DNA from: an uncultured Gemmataceae bacterium
GTDB taxonomy: Bacteria; Planctomycetota; Planctomycetia; Gemmatales; Gemmataceae
Assembly: GCA_963750165.1 (NCBI GenBank)
Contig: CAVVPN010000003.1
Span: 1,312,001 to 1,376,000 of the forward strand
Direction: 5' to 3'
Length of the DNA stretch: 64,000 nt
Made by a program: the position numbers and the translations under genes. Shown in pieces: positions 51,635 to 61,374 of this stretch (position 1 is the stretch's first letter; every line of letters starts with the position of its first letter). The notes under the pieces were generated by a model. It saw only the letters and a program-made list of their open reading frames with translations. It was not told the DNA's origin and searched no databases.

Positions 51635-52090
51635 TCAGCGCTTCTCAAGACTCTTTAGCATCTCGTCGAGCGTGTCGATGATGTCCTGCTCGATGTCCTG
51701 AGTGGCACGGCCGACATCGCCGCGCATCAGGCGTCGCTGGACGATCTCCATGTCCTTGCGCAGTTGATGAAAGACTTCGGGAAAGGCGACCGCCGCTCCT
51801 TGCGCTTCCAGAACGGCAATGGCTTTCGTCGCCTCCTTGATGATTGCCGTTTCGTCGGCGGCCAGTTTGAGCGCAGCGCGCCGACCCTCGGGATGCAACT
51901 TCCTGGCGGCATTGCCCTCGATGACCTGGTGCAGTCCCTTCGTGTCGTTGAGGACCGCCGTTTGCAGGTAGAGCATTCGTTGGCAACGGCTCCGCAGCGT
52001 GGCCAGGAGTGACCCCGTTTCTCCCCGAGAGAGGGCGGAGGCGCCGACGGCCGCCGCGAGGATCGGAACCAGGAAAACCGCAGGATTCAT
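51635..52090 (-). CDS. Secreted hypothetical helical protein
   Basis: Signal-like N-terminus; AVAFPEVF..LRKDM..VQRRL..GDVG..TQ.IEQDII..L.EM motif. Confidence 0.6.
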   Translation of the reverse strand: MNPAVFLVPILAAAVGASALSRGETGSLLATLRSRCQRMLYLQTAVLNDTKGLHQVIEGNAARKLHPEGRRAALKLAADETAIIKEATKAIAVLEAQGAAVAFPEVFHQLRKDMEIVQRRLMRGDVGRATQDIEQDIIDTLDEMLKSLEKR

Positions 52091-52109
52091 GACCTGGCGC
52101 CCCCTCTGC

Positions 52110-52526
52110 CTATCCAGTCACGTTGGTCATGACGGCGAAGGTCAATTCCGGCACTTTCTTGCGGTGGATGGCGGCCGCGATCTCCGCCCGCAATTTCCCG
52201 AGCGCCTGGTGCAGGTGGGCCGTGATCTGGGCGGGATCGCACGGCCCGGGCAGCAGCGGCCCCACCGTGACCAGCAACCGCGCCTCATCCGGGGCCGGTC
52301 GCACCGCCACGACGCCCAGCTCGCGCAGCACGTCATCATTACAGACGCCGGCGAAGGCATAGTTGAGGGCCTCGGCGACCTGGCCGCACAGCTGCTGTGT
52401 TTTGCGGCCGCCCGTTTTGCGACCGGCCTGGCGGAGGGCGTCCCGCGGGTCCACGCCATCTTCCGGGCCGGTTTCCGAACAGAGGCCCTGCAGCGCTTTC
52501 CGAGAAGGTTGTCTGGGATTCGTCAC
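52110..52526 (-). CDS. RbfA-like (ribosome-binding factor A paralog) protein
   Basis: QLCGQVAEAL...VRPAPDEARLLV...LRAEIAAAIHRKKVPELTF; the GTG start is inferred. Confidence 0.7.
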   Translation of the reverse strand: MTNPRQPSRKALQGLCSETGPEDGVDPRDALRQAGRKTGGRKTQQLCGQVAEALNYAFAGVCNDDVLRELGVVAVRPAPDEARLLVTVGPLLPGPCDPAQITAHLHQALGKLRAEIAAAIHRKKVPELTFAVMTNVTG

Positions 52527-52548
52527 GATTCCACCGCTTCTTTGCAAG

Positions 52549-52846
52549 CTAGCGCGGTTCGCAGTCGCGTGGCCCACAAACGGCAGGCCGGCGCTGCCAG
52601 GCGCCGCATCTCGACGTATGAAAAAGTTGGCGTTCTTGGCGTTCTTGGCGTCCTTGCTGTGGCAACCGCCGCCGCTGGTGGTCGCGCCGTGCCACTCCCA
52701 CGCGGCCAGGGCGCCGATTCTCGACGTGTGAAAAAGTTGGCCCCCTTGGCCCCCTTGGCCCCCTTGCTGCGACAGCGCAGGCCCCTGCTGGTCAAGCTGT
52801 GCCCGCCGTCCCACCGCGGGCGCGATCCGCGTGCGAACCGCTCCAG
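52549..52846. mobile_element. MITE-like element copy 2 (~298 bp)
   Basis: Ends CTAGCGCGGTTCGCA ... TGCGAACCGCTCCAG; cores at 52609 and 52719 (110-bp period). Confidence 0.75.
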
Positions 52847-53040
52847 GAGAGAAATGCACCGGAACTCCATCGCCGGCGCACCGGCTCAGCGTACCAGGGG
52901 CTGAAACCGCACGCAATAGGATGGACCCGTTTACACGGGGTTCGGTTCACGTTGCGGGCGCCCTTGCGGAGTCTGCCGGGCTCGATCACAATGAAGCCCG
53001 CGCATCCCGTGAAAACTCAAGCGACCGGACTGGAAGGAGC

Positions 53041-55722
53041 ATGAGCGACCATCCCCCGCTGAAGTACATCCTCCGCAGCGACGACTCCGACCCGCAGGCG
53101 CCGCTGGGCGGCAAAGCGCGAGCGCTGGCGGCGCTGCGCGAGGCGGGCTTGTCCATCCCACCCTGGTTCGTGCTGACGCCGGCCGCCTTCGAGGCCAGCC
53201 TGGAGCCCGCCCAGTACGCGGCGCTGTGCAACGCCAGCAGCGCCGCCGCCCTCCGTGCCGCGGTCGATTTCCTCCGCCCCGGCGCCGAGGTCGCCGGCGA
53301 GCTGCGCCGCGCCGTCCGCGAACTGTGCCCCGACGGCGCTGCCGTGGCCGTGCGCTCCTCCGCCTCCGACGAGGACGGCCCCGAACACTCCTTCGCCGGT
53401 CAGCTCGACAGCTTTTTGACCGTGCCGCCCGAGGCAGTTGCCGGCCGCGTCGCCGCGGTGTGGCGCTCCGGTTTCAGCGAACGCATCCTCGCCTATCGCC
53501 GCGAACACCAGCTGTCGCCGGTGCCGCGGCCGCCGGCCGTGCTCGTGCAGCGCCTGGTGCGTGCCGACGTGTCCGGCGTCGCCTTCGGGGCCGACCCCGT
53601 CAGCGGCCGCCGCAGCGTCGCCGTCGTTGCCGCCATCTATGGCCTGGGCACCGCCCTGGTCTCCGGCGCCTGCGACGCGGACACCTTCCATGTCGATCGC
53701 GCCGGCACCATCATTCAGCGGACGCTCGCCGATAAGCGCACCGCTCACCGGCCCGCCGCCGGCGAAGGCGAGGGCGTGCGCGCCGAGGCCGTTGCCGCCG
53801 ACCTCGCCAGCCGGCCCGCGTTGAGCGACGAGCAGGTGCGGCAGGTGGCGGACCTGGTGCGGCAGTGCGGCAAGCATTTCGGCCGGCCACAGGACATCGA
53901 ATGGGCCATCGAGCGCGGCAACCTGTACCTGCTGCAATCGCGGCCGATCACGTCGCTGGCGCGAACCGCCGACCCCGACGGCGTGCTCAATTTGTGGGAC
54001 AACAGCAACATCGCCGAGAGCTACAACGGCGTGACGACGCCGCTGACGTTCTCGTTCGCCCGCTGCATTTACGAGGGAGTGTACCGTCAGTTCTGCAAGA
54101 TTCTGCGTGTGCCGCCGGCGCGGCTGGCCGAAAACGACGACGTGTTCAGCCACATGCTCGGCCTGGTGCGCGGCCGGGTCTACTACAACTTGCTCAGCTG
54201 GTATCGTGTGCTGGCGCTGCTGCCCGGCTTCAAGACGAACCGGCGCTTCATGGAGCAGATGATGGGCGTCAAGGAGCCACTGCCGGACGAACTGGTGGCG
54301 AACCTGGCGCGCTCGACGGGGCTGGAGCGGCTGCAGGACCGCTGGCATTTGCTGGGCAGCGTGCTGGCGCTGGTGCGCAACCATTTCACGCTGGGCGGCC
54401 AGATCCGCCGCTTTTACTGGCGCTTGCAGGACGCGCTGGGCGCAGCCGGCCGAACCTGGAACCGCTGCGGCCGGACGAGTTGGCGACGCAGTACCGCGAC
54501 CTGGAGCGGCGGCTGCTGACGCGCTGGGACGCGCCGCTGGTGAACGACTTTTTCGCGATGATCTTCTACGGCGTGCTGGGCAGGTTGACGCGGGCCTGGT
54601 GCGGCGACGCGGACGGCAGCTTGCAGAACGACCTGGTGCGCGGCGCGAGCGGCATGATTCAGCGCCGAGCCGGCGCTGCGGGTGCGGCAGCTGGCCGAGG
54701 CAGCGCGGCCGCACGCCGAACTGGTGGCGGCGCTGTGCGAGGGCTCGCGCGGCGACGTCCGCCGCGCGGCGGAGCGGGTGCCGTCGTTCGAGGCGCCGTA
54801 CCGTGAATATCTGGAGAAGTTCGGCGACCGCTGCCTGGAGGAGTTGAAGCTGGAGAGCGCGACGCTGCACGACGACCCGCTGACACTGCTACGAGCGGTG
54901 GGTCAGCTGGCGCGGCGGCCGGACCAGGGCGGCGGGCTGGCGGCAGGCGCGTCGGAGGCGCAGCGGCGGCAGCGGGCGGAGGGGCGAGTGCGGACGGCGC
55001 TGCGGTGGCGGCCGCTGCGACAGCTGCTGTTCGGCTGGGTGGCGGCCAACGCCCGGGCGCGGGTGCGCGACCGCGAGAACCTGCGCTTCGAGCGGACGCG
55101 GTTGTTCGGCCGGGTGCGGCAGATTTTCGTGGAGTTGGGCCGTAAACTGCACGCGCTCGACGTGCTGGCGGAGCCGCGCGACGTGTTTTACCTGGAAGTG
55201 AACGAGGTGCTGGGCTTCCTCGACGGCACCGCGTCCACGACGGACCTGAAGGGGTTGGTGGCGCTGCGGCGGACGGAGTTCGAGCGCTACCGCAAAGAGA
55301 CGCCGCCGGCCGACCGTTTCGAGACGCGCGGCGTCGTGCATCAGGGCAACAGCTTCCAGGGCAAGCCCGCGGCGGTCGAGGCGGACGGCGAGACGCGGCG
55401 CGGCCTGGGCTGCTGTCCGGGCGTGGTGCGGGGGCCGGTGCGTGTGGTGACGGACCCGCGGGGGGTGGACTTGCGGCAGGGCGAGATTCTGGTGGCGGAG
55501 CGGACGGACCCAGGTTGGATCATGCTGTTCCCGTCGGCAGCAGGGCTGCTGGTGGAGCGCGGCAGTTTGTTGTCGCACTCGGCGATCGTGGCGCGCGAGT
55601 TGGGGCTGCCGGCGGTGGTGTCGGTGGCGGGGGTGACGCGCTGGCTGCGCGACGGCGACGAGGTGGAGATGGACGGCGGCAGCGGTGTGGTGACGCGCAT
55701 TGGACGGGGGCCGCCAGGCTGA
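53041..55722 (+). CDS. PEP-synthase-like / rifampicin phosphotransferase-family protein; frameshifts near 54440 and 54659
   Basis: GGKA, AVRSSA.DED..SFAGQ and QDIEWA...LQSRPIT (ATP-grasp); TDPGW...GSLLSHSAIVARELG (His swivel domain at the C-terminus). Confidence 0.85.
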
Positions 55723-55896
55723 ATCCGTCTCAACTGGCCAACGTCGCGGCAATCTGCCAGGCACCGGACGAGCGCAGCAGATCGAGCGCCGGCACCAAAC
55801 GCCACAAAGCCACGAACCGTGCCCGCCGGACCCGAAGGCACCCGCGGTCATTGGACCGAGTTTTGGCCGGATGCAGCGCTACTCTGGCCGCGTGCT

Positions 55897-56058
55897 CCAG
55901 GGCCAGGTCGCCGATTCTCGACATGTGAAAAAGTTGGCGTTCTTGGCGTCCTTGGCGTCTTTGCGCTGCCCGGCGCTGCCGGACATCTCACGGCACTGCT
56001 TTTTGGTTCCGCCCTGGCACACGAGCCGTTGACCGCCCTGGCCCCCTTGCGCCGACCG
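55897..56058. repeat. Second element type carrying the TCTCGAC..TGAAAAAGTTGG plus 9-mer module
   Basis: Core at 55916; the following ~110 bp match the reverse complement of 63881-64000. Confidence 0.8.
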
Positions 56059-56448
56059 ACACCGCCTGACACCGCAACTGGCCCCGGTCGAACCCCGATG
56101 CCCAGGGCCCGGGCTGAAGCCGATTATGCTCCGCACCGAAAAAAAGAACTCCCGGTCGGCGGTGACGCTGCTTGCCGACAACTTCCGCGTTGGCAATGGA
56201 AAACGAAAATTCAGCGCCGGCAGGAATTGCCCGGGCTGTGGGCGGCGATTCCGGGGCAAAATCCCTACTTCTTGAACTTTCTGCTTGCTTCCAACGTGGG
56301 TCCGCGATTAAAAAGTGGAAGACTTCCCCCCCGTTGGTGTCGGGCATCCGCCTGCCCGTTCCGGCATCCTGAAGTACAGTTATCAGGAAGGTAGCTCTGC
56401 GGACTGCGGCAGGGCGCAGACTGAACAAAGGTTCCAGAGGAACAAGTC

Positions 56449-57057
56449 GTGACGGCGATACCAATCCGTGATGCGAACAGCTGGCAAGACTTTGCCGTTC
56501 TGATGGCCCGGGTCCGCGCCGGCGACGCCGCCGCGATGCACGAACTGGTCGCGGACTACGGCCCGTACCTGCTCCGCGCGGTGCGGATGCGGCTGCACCG
56601 GCAGATGCGACCCAAGTTCGACTCGACCGACTTCGTTCAAGATGTCTGGGCGTCGTTCTTCGCCGACCTGCCCCGCGACCGCCCCTTCAACCTCCCGGAA
56701 GAACTGATTGCGTTCCTGACCCGCGTGGCGCAGAACAAGGTGGCCGACGCGGCCCGACAGCGGTTGCTGGGCCAGAAGTACAACGTCAACCGCGAGCGCT
56801 CGCTGGACGATTCCCGGGTCGGCCCGCCGCCGGAACTGGCCGCCCGCCAGCCGACGCCCAGCACCGTGGCCATGAACCGCGAGGAATGGGACCGCCTGCT
56901 CCAGCGCCAGCCCGCGGTGTACCGCCGCATTTTGATCCTGTTGAGCGAGGGCAAGTCGCAGTCCCAGGTCGCCCAGGAACTGAACATCAGCGAGAAGATG
57001 GTTAGTCGCCTGATCAGGCAGTTACGCAAGCAATCCAACCAGGATTCAAACCCATGA
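56449..57057 (+). CDS. ECF RNA polymerase sigma factor (kinase-associated type)
   Basis: ARVRAGDAAA...FDSTDFVQDVW (region 2), PTPS linker and SQVAQELNISEKMV (region 4 HTH). Confidence 0.9.
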   Translation: MTAIPIRDANSWQDFAVLMARVRAGDAAAMHELVADYGPYLLRAVRMRLHRQMRPKFDSTDFVQDVWASFFADLPRDRPFNLPEELIAFLTRVAQNKVADAARQRLLGQKYNVNRERSLDDSRVGPPPELAARQPTPSTVAMNREEWDRLLQRQPAVYRRILILLSEGKSQSQVAQELNISEKMVSRLIRQLRKQSNQDSNP

Positions 57058-59443
57058 ATACCGGCGAACAACAGACCGCTCCGGAGTCGAATCTTTCCCG
57101 TCCGGCGAGCGTGGCTTCCCACCTGCGCCTCGCAGATCAAGGCCAGCTGGCGGCGCGGGCGCCCCCGGACGCGCAGGCCGCGCTGGACGAATTCCCGGAG
57201 GTCCGGTCCGACCACTCTGCGGTCCTGGACCTGGCCCTGGAGGAGTTCTTGCAGCGCCTGCGCCGCCGGCGAAGCTGCTCGACCCCGAGGAGTTCTGCGC
57301 AGCTTCCCCGAGCACCAGGCGTCGTTGCGCAAGCTGGTGCAGGCCCAGATGTTCCTGAATGAACACCCGAACCTCTGGGAAGACACCGCGGAGGTTTCCT
57401 GGCCGCTGCCGGGCGACACCTTTCTGGAGTACCAGCTGGAGCGGGAACTGGGCCGTGGGGCGTTCGCCCGGGTGTTTCTGGCCACCGTGCCGGGGCTGGG
57501 CGGGCGCCAGGCGGTGCTCAAGGTGTCGCTGCGCGGCGGTGCCGAGGCCGAGATCCTCGGCAAGTTAAACCACCCCAACATCGTTCCCGTCCACTGCGTC
57601 GGCCGAGACCCAGCCACCGGGCTGACCGCCATCTGCATGCCCTACCTGGGCAGCGCCACGCTGGACGACGTGCTGGAGCGGGCGAAAGGCCCCGCGCGCA
57701 GGACGTTCGGGGCCGGGTTGTTCTCGAAGCCGCCGAGCCGGTGGTGCCGGTGGTCGGGCCGGCCGCGGACCCCCCGGCGCGGGTGCTGCGGCACGGCGCC
57801 TACGTCGATGCCGTGCTGCACCTGGGCGCCCAGCTGGCCGACGCCCTCGCCTTCATCCACGCCGAGGACCTGTGCCACTGCGACCTGAAGCCGTCCAACG
57901 TCCTGGTCAAGCCGGACGGCACCCCCATGCTGCTGGACTTCAACCTGGCTTACGGCGACGGCGCGGACAATTTCCTGGGCGGCACGATTCCCTACATGGC
58001 GCCCGAGCAGTTGCGGGCGCTGGGGCCGGGCAACGCCGGGCCGGCCGAGTTTCGGCTGACTGCCGTGGACGCCCCGACCGCCGCCGCAGTGGCGCCCGAC
58101 GCCCGGGCCGACCTGTACGCCCTCGGCGTGATCCTGTACGAACTGCTCACGGGCGAGCATCCGTTCGGGCCGTTCTCGTTGAAGTTGACCCAGCAGGAAG
58201 TCCGCCAACGGCTGCTGGAGCGCCAGGAGAGCGGCCCGCGACCGCTGCGGCAGTTCAACCGCGGCGTCAACCGTTCGCTGGCGCAGCTGGTCGAGCGCTG
58301 CCTGGCCCATGACCCCGAAGAGCGGCCCCAGACCGCCGCCGAGCTGGCCGCGGAGTTACGCCGCCAGTTAACGCTATTGCGCCGCGCCGGCCGCTGGGCG
58401 CAGCGGCGACCGTTCGCTGCGCTGGCCGCGGTGCTGGGCACCGTCCTGCTCGCCGCGAGCCTCACAGGCGCGGCCAGGCTGGCGGTCGCGTTGTTGCCCG
58501 AGCAGGAAAGTTCGCCGGCCCCCGCGCCGACGGTCGCGGAACTGCTGGACCTCGGCGACCAGGCGGTCCAGAAACAGGAGTACGCCCGCGCGGTGAAATA
58601 CTACAACCAGGCCCTCAAACTGGAGCCCAACCAGGAGGACATCTGGTTCCGCTGCGGGCACGCCTACGTGCGGCTCGGGGAGGGAGGCAGCTTGAACGAC
58701 TTCAGGCAGGCCAAGGAGTGCTTTATCGCAGCGGATCGGCTCAAGTCGCTTGGGAAGTACAAGGCCTGTATCGCCTACTGCATGAGCCACCTGGGGCAGA
58801 AGGAATCCCTGGGACAATACGCCGCCGCGATGCAAGCGGGGTACGCCCCGGCGGCGGTCCTGAACAACCAGGCCGCCATGTATCTGAAAGGGAAAGTTAA
58901 CAATTTGCCCACGGCAGAAGGACTTCTGAACGCCGCCCTGAAAAAAGAGCCGCGACTTCAGGCCGCGCTCCACAACCGGGGCTTGCTGAGGTATCGCCAG
59001 GCCCTTCAGGCTCTTCGGAAAGCCCCCGCCGTCGCCCTGATGGACATTGAGCAGGCCGACAAGGACTTTGAAGCGGCCCTCCAAAATGGCCCGTCTTCCG
59101 CGGAACTTTATCGAGACGCCGCACTCCTGTGTGCGCTCGGAGCGGAAACGGAAGTGAAGCTGGCTCAGGCGGCCGGGAAGCACCAGGTTGCCAACCTTGG
59201 TGCCGGTGCGGCCGCGCTGGGGCGCAAGGGAAAATGAGGTGGATTCGGAAAGGTCGGGAGTTGTTCCAGAAAGCCGTTACACTCGGCTGCGACCATACCC
59301 AGCTCACAGACAACGACGGGTTGGCTCGGCTGCGGAGTGCAGACTTCAGCAAAACCCTGGCAGATGTAACTCGCAATCACCCAGCGCAAACCCTGCCGCC
59401 CACGAAACGCCTGGTCGATCCCGTCGAGGTGACTGTCCAGTAG
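57054..59443 (+). CDS. Membrane Ser/Thr protein kinase with C-terminal TPR region; several frameshifts (~57260-57300, ~57712, ~59220)
   Basis: LGRGAFARV, HPNIV, HCDLKPSN, LLDFNLA, YMAPE and DLYALG motifs; TM helix; TPRs; ATGA overlap with the ECF gene. Confidence 0.85.
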
Positions 59444-59458
59444 GGCTGGCGGACAAAA

Positions 59459-59526
59459 GGCGAGCGGCGCGGCGTCAGCCCGCCGGTAGAGCGCGTTACC
59501 GGTGGGCTGACGCCGCGCCGCTCGCC
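59459..59526. repeat. REP-like palindrome downstream of the kinase gene
   Basis: 30-bp arms ggcgagcggcgcggcgtcagcccgccggta / taccggtgggctgacgccgcgccgctcgcc (one G-U type mismatch). Confidence 0.85.
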
Positions 59527-59975
59527 GGATGTGTGAGTTCGGTCCAGTAACTCCTGGCGCTGCTCACGCCGGGCAGCCTGGCTATTTTTATCTGACCCCC
59601 CGTCACCGATGAACGGCCTGACGGGTCGTCAGCGGCCTCGTCTTGTCTCTGTAACCTTCTGTCGCTCAATGCTTTAGAGTTATTCCTTTCGCTCCGGTAT
59701 CTCTGATGGACCAGGTCGGTCTTTTTTTTCCAAAATTCTGAAAAACTCGTGTCCAGTTTTCGACTCGATTCTCGATTGCATAATTAGCCCAACCAGACGC
59801 CTCCGTTTGACGGAATAACATCCCAGTTGTCCAGTGGTGCCCCGCGCAGGCATGGCTCGCACCTTGTCCCTGCGCCGCACCGGACTGTCGCGCCCCCCGC
59901 GCCCATTGGGTTAGCCCAGACCGCGCCTTTTCGCCCCTGAATCGCCCTACCCCCCTTGTTTCAGGAGTCCCGTTT

Positions 59976-60851
59976 ATGTTCGGTCTGTTCAATTCCCGTT
60001 CTCGTCGCCCTGCTGCCTCGTTCCGTCGTGCCTCGCTTCAGGTCGAAGCTCTGGAGAGCCGATACTGCCCCGCCAAGGTCAGTGCCCTCACACTCGCCGT
60101 CAAGCCCGAGTCGGGCACCAACGTGCTGCTGTCCGGCACCCTCAATGATCCCCAACCCAGCAATGTCCAGGTGAACTTCGGCGGCGTGGTGAACGCCTCG
60201 GCGTACACGGACTCCACTGGCTTCTTCTCGTTGTTAACCCCCGCCAACGGTCTGGGGGACGTGACGGCCAGTACCCAACCGTCGGACTGCAAGACGCCGA
60301 TCAACGCCGACGTACTGCTCACCAGCACCGGCCCGACCATCACCAACCTGGCGGTGGTCTACGGCACCAACTGCAGCGTGACCATCAGCGGCCAGGTCAA
60401 CGATGTCAGCCCCGGCGGCCTGTCGGTGACCTTCAGCGGCGTCACCAACGGCACGACGACCACCAACGTTGACGGCACCTTCAGCGCCACCCTCACCGCC
60501 AGTCAGCTGGGCCAAATCACGGTGTCCGTGACGAACAACTGGGGCGTGTCGGCCCAGAACGCCGCCGTCAGTTTGGCCAGCAACGGCCCCACGATCCAGA
60601 GTTTCGACGTCTCCCACGGCGACGGCAACATCTGGTGGCTCGAGGGCACGGTGAACGACACCTCGGACCAGGCCGTGCGGTTGACCTTCAGCGGTATGGC
60701 CGGCCTGGCCGGTGCCAGCACCACCACCGACGCGGACGGCAACTTTGAACTGGGCATCTGGCTGGCGCCGACCGGCAACACCGTCATCACCGCAATCGCA
60801 ACCGACTGCTGGGGCATGCAAGACAGCATGCAGGATTTGCTGGTGACGTGA
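59976..60851 (+). CDS. Extracellular protein with a planctomycete N-terminal motif and three Ig-like repeats
   Basis: LQVEALESRYCPA; three copies of (V/L)xGx(V/L)ND...(V/L)xFxG....TT..dG.F. Confidence 0.8.
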   Translation: MFGLFNSRSRRPAASFRRASLQVEALESRYCPAKVSALTLAVKPESGTNVLLSGTLNDPQPSNVQVNFGGVVNASAYTDSTGFFSLLTPANGLGDVTASTQPSDCKTPINADVLLTSTGPTITNLAVVYGTNCSVTISGQVNDVSPGGLSVTFSGVTNGTTTTNVDGTFSATLTASQLGQITVSVTNNWGVSAQNAAVSLASNGPTIQSFDVSHGDGNIWWLEGTVNDTSDQAVRLTFSGMAGLAGASTTTDADGNFELGIWLAPTGNTVITAIATDCWGMQDSMQDLLVT

Positions 60852-60900
60852 GGCGGATAGCACAGACACTCGAACTTTTCACTCCGAAGAGGAGATCATC

Positions 60901-61218
60901 ATGAATCGCAAGAACACCGACCTGGACCTGCTGGCCGCCCGCGCCGGCCGCGGCGACTCGCTGGCGGCGCTGCAACTGCGGCGGCAGCTGGAACCGCAAA
61001 TGGTGCGCATCGTCAGCCAGGCGCTCCGCACCGGCATCGGGCGGACGCCGCTGACGCGGCAAATCCTCGCGCGGGCTCGTCAGGTGGCGCCGCAGAGTAC
61101 CGGCGCTCCCGAGGGACTGGTCCGCACCGTCGCCCGTGACCTGTGTGACTCGGTCATCGGCCGACTGCGGCAGGGGCCGCAGCACGCCCAGCAGTTGCAG
61201 GACACCCTCTGCGCCTGA
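60901..61218 (+). CDS. Small protein resembling the ECF sigma N-terminus (region 1.2-2.1), without region 4
   Basis: GGAGA RBS; gapless similarity to the ECF at 56449. Confidence 0.65.
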   Translation: MNRKNTDLDLLAARAGRGDSLAALQLRRQLEPQMVRIVSQALRTGIGRTPLTRQILARARQVAPQSTGAPEGLVRTVARDLCDSVIGRLRQGPQHAQQLQDTLCA

Positions 61219-61233
61219 CCCGCCCGTCCGGTG

Positions 61234-61317
61234 CCCCCACCCCCGACCCTCCCCCACCAGGGGGAGGGAACATCACTTTCCCCCTCCCCCCTGGTGGAGG
61301 AGGGTCGGGGTGGGGGG
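61234..61317. repeat. C-rich/G-rich palindrome (CCCCACCCCC.ACCCTCCCC...GGGGAGGG type)
   Basis: Outer inverted repeat plus inner hairpins; related short copy at ~9609-9640. Confidence 0.75.
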
Positions 61318-61374
61318 AGCCGCCGGTCGCCCTCGTGGGGACCGACCACATTCGCCAGGCCGAAAGGGTGCCGT

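Noticed and set aside
59651..59677. Degenerate TAA-N19-TTA palindrome upstream of the Ig-like gene
   Set aside because: Too degenerate and single-copy here to support a call.
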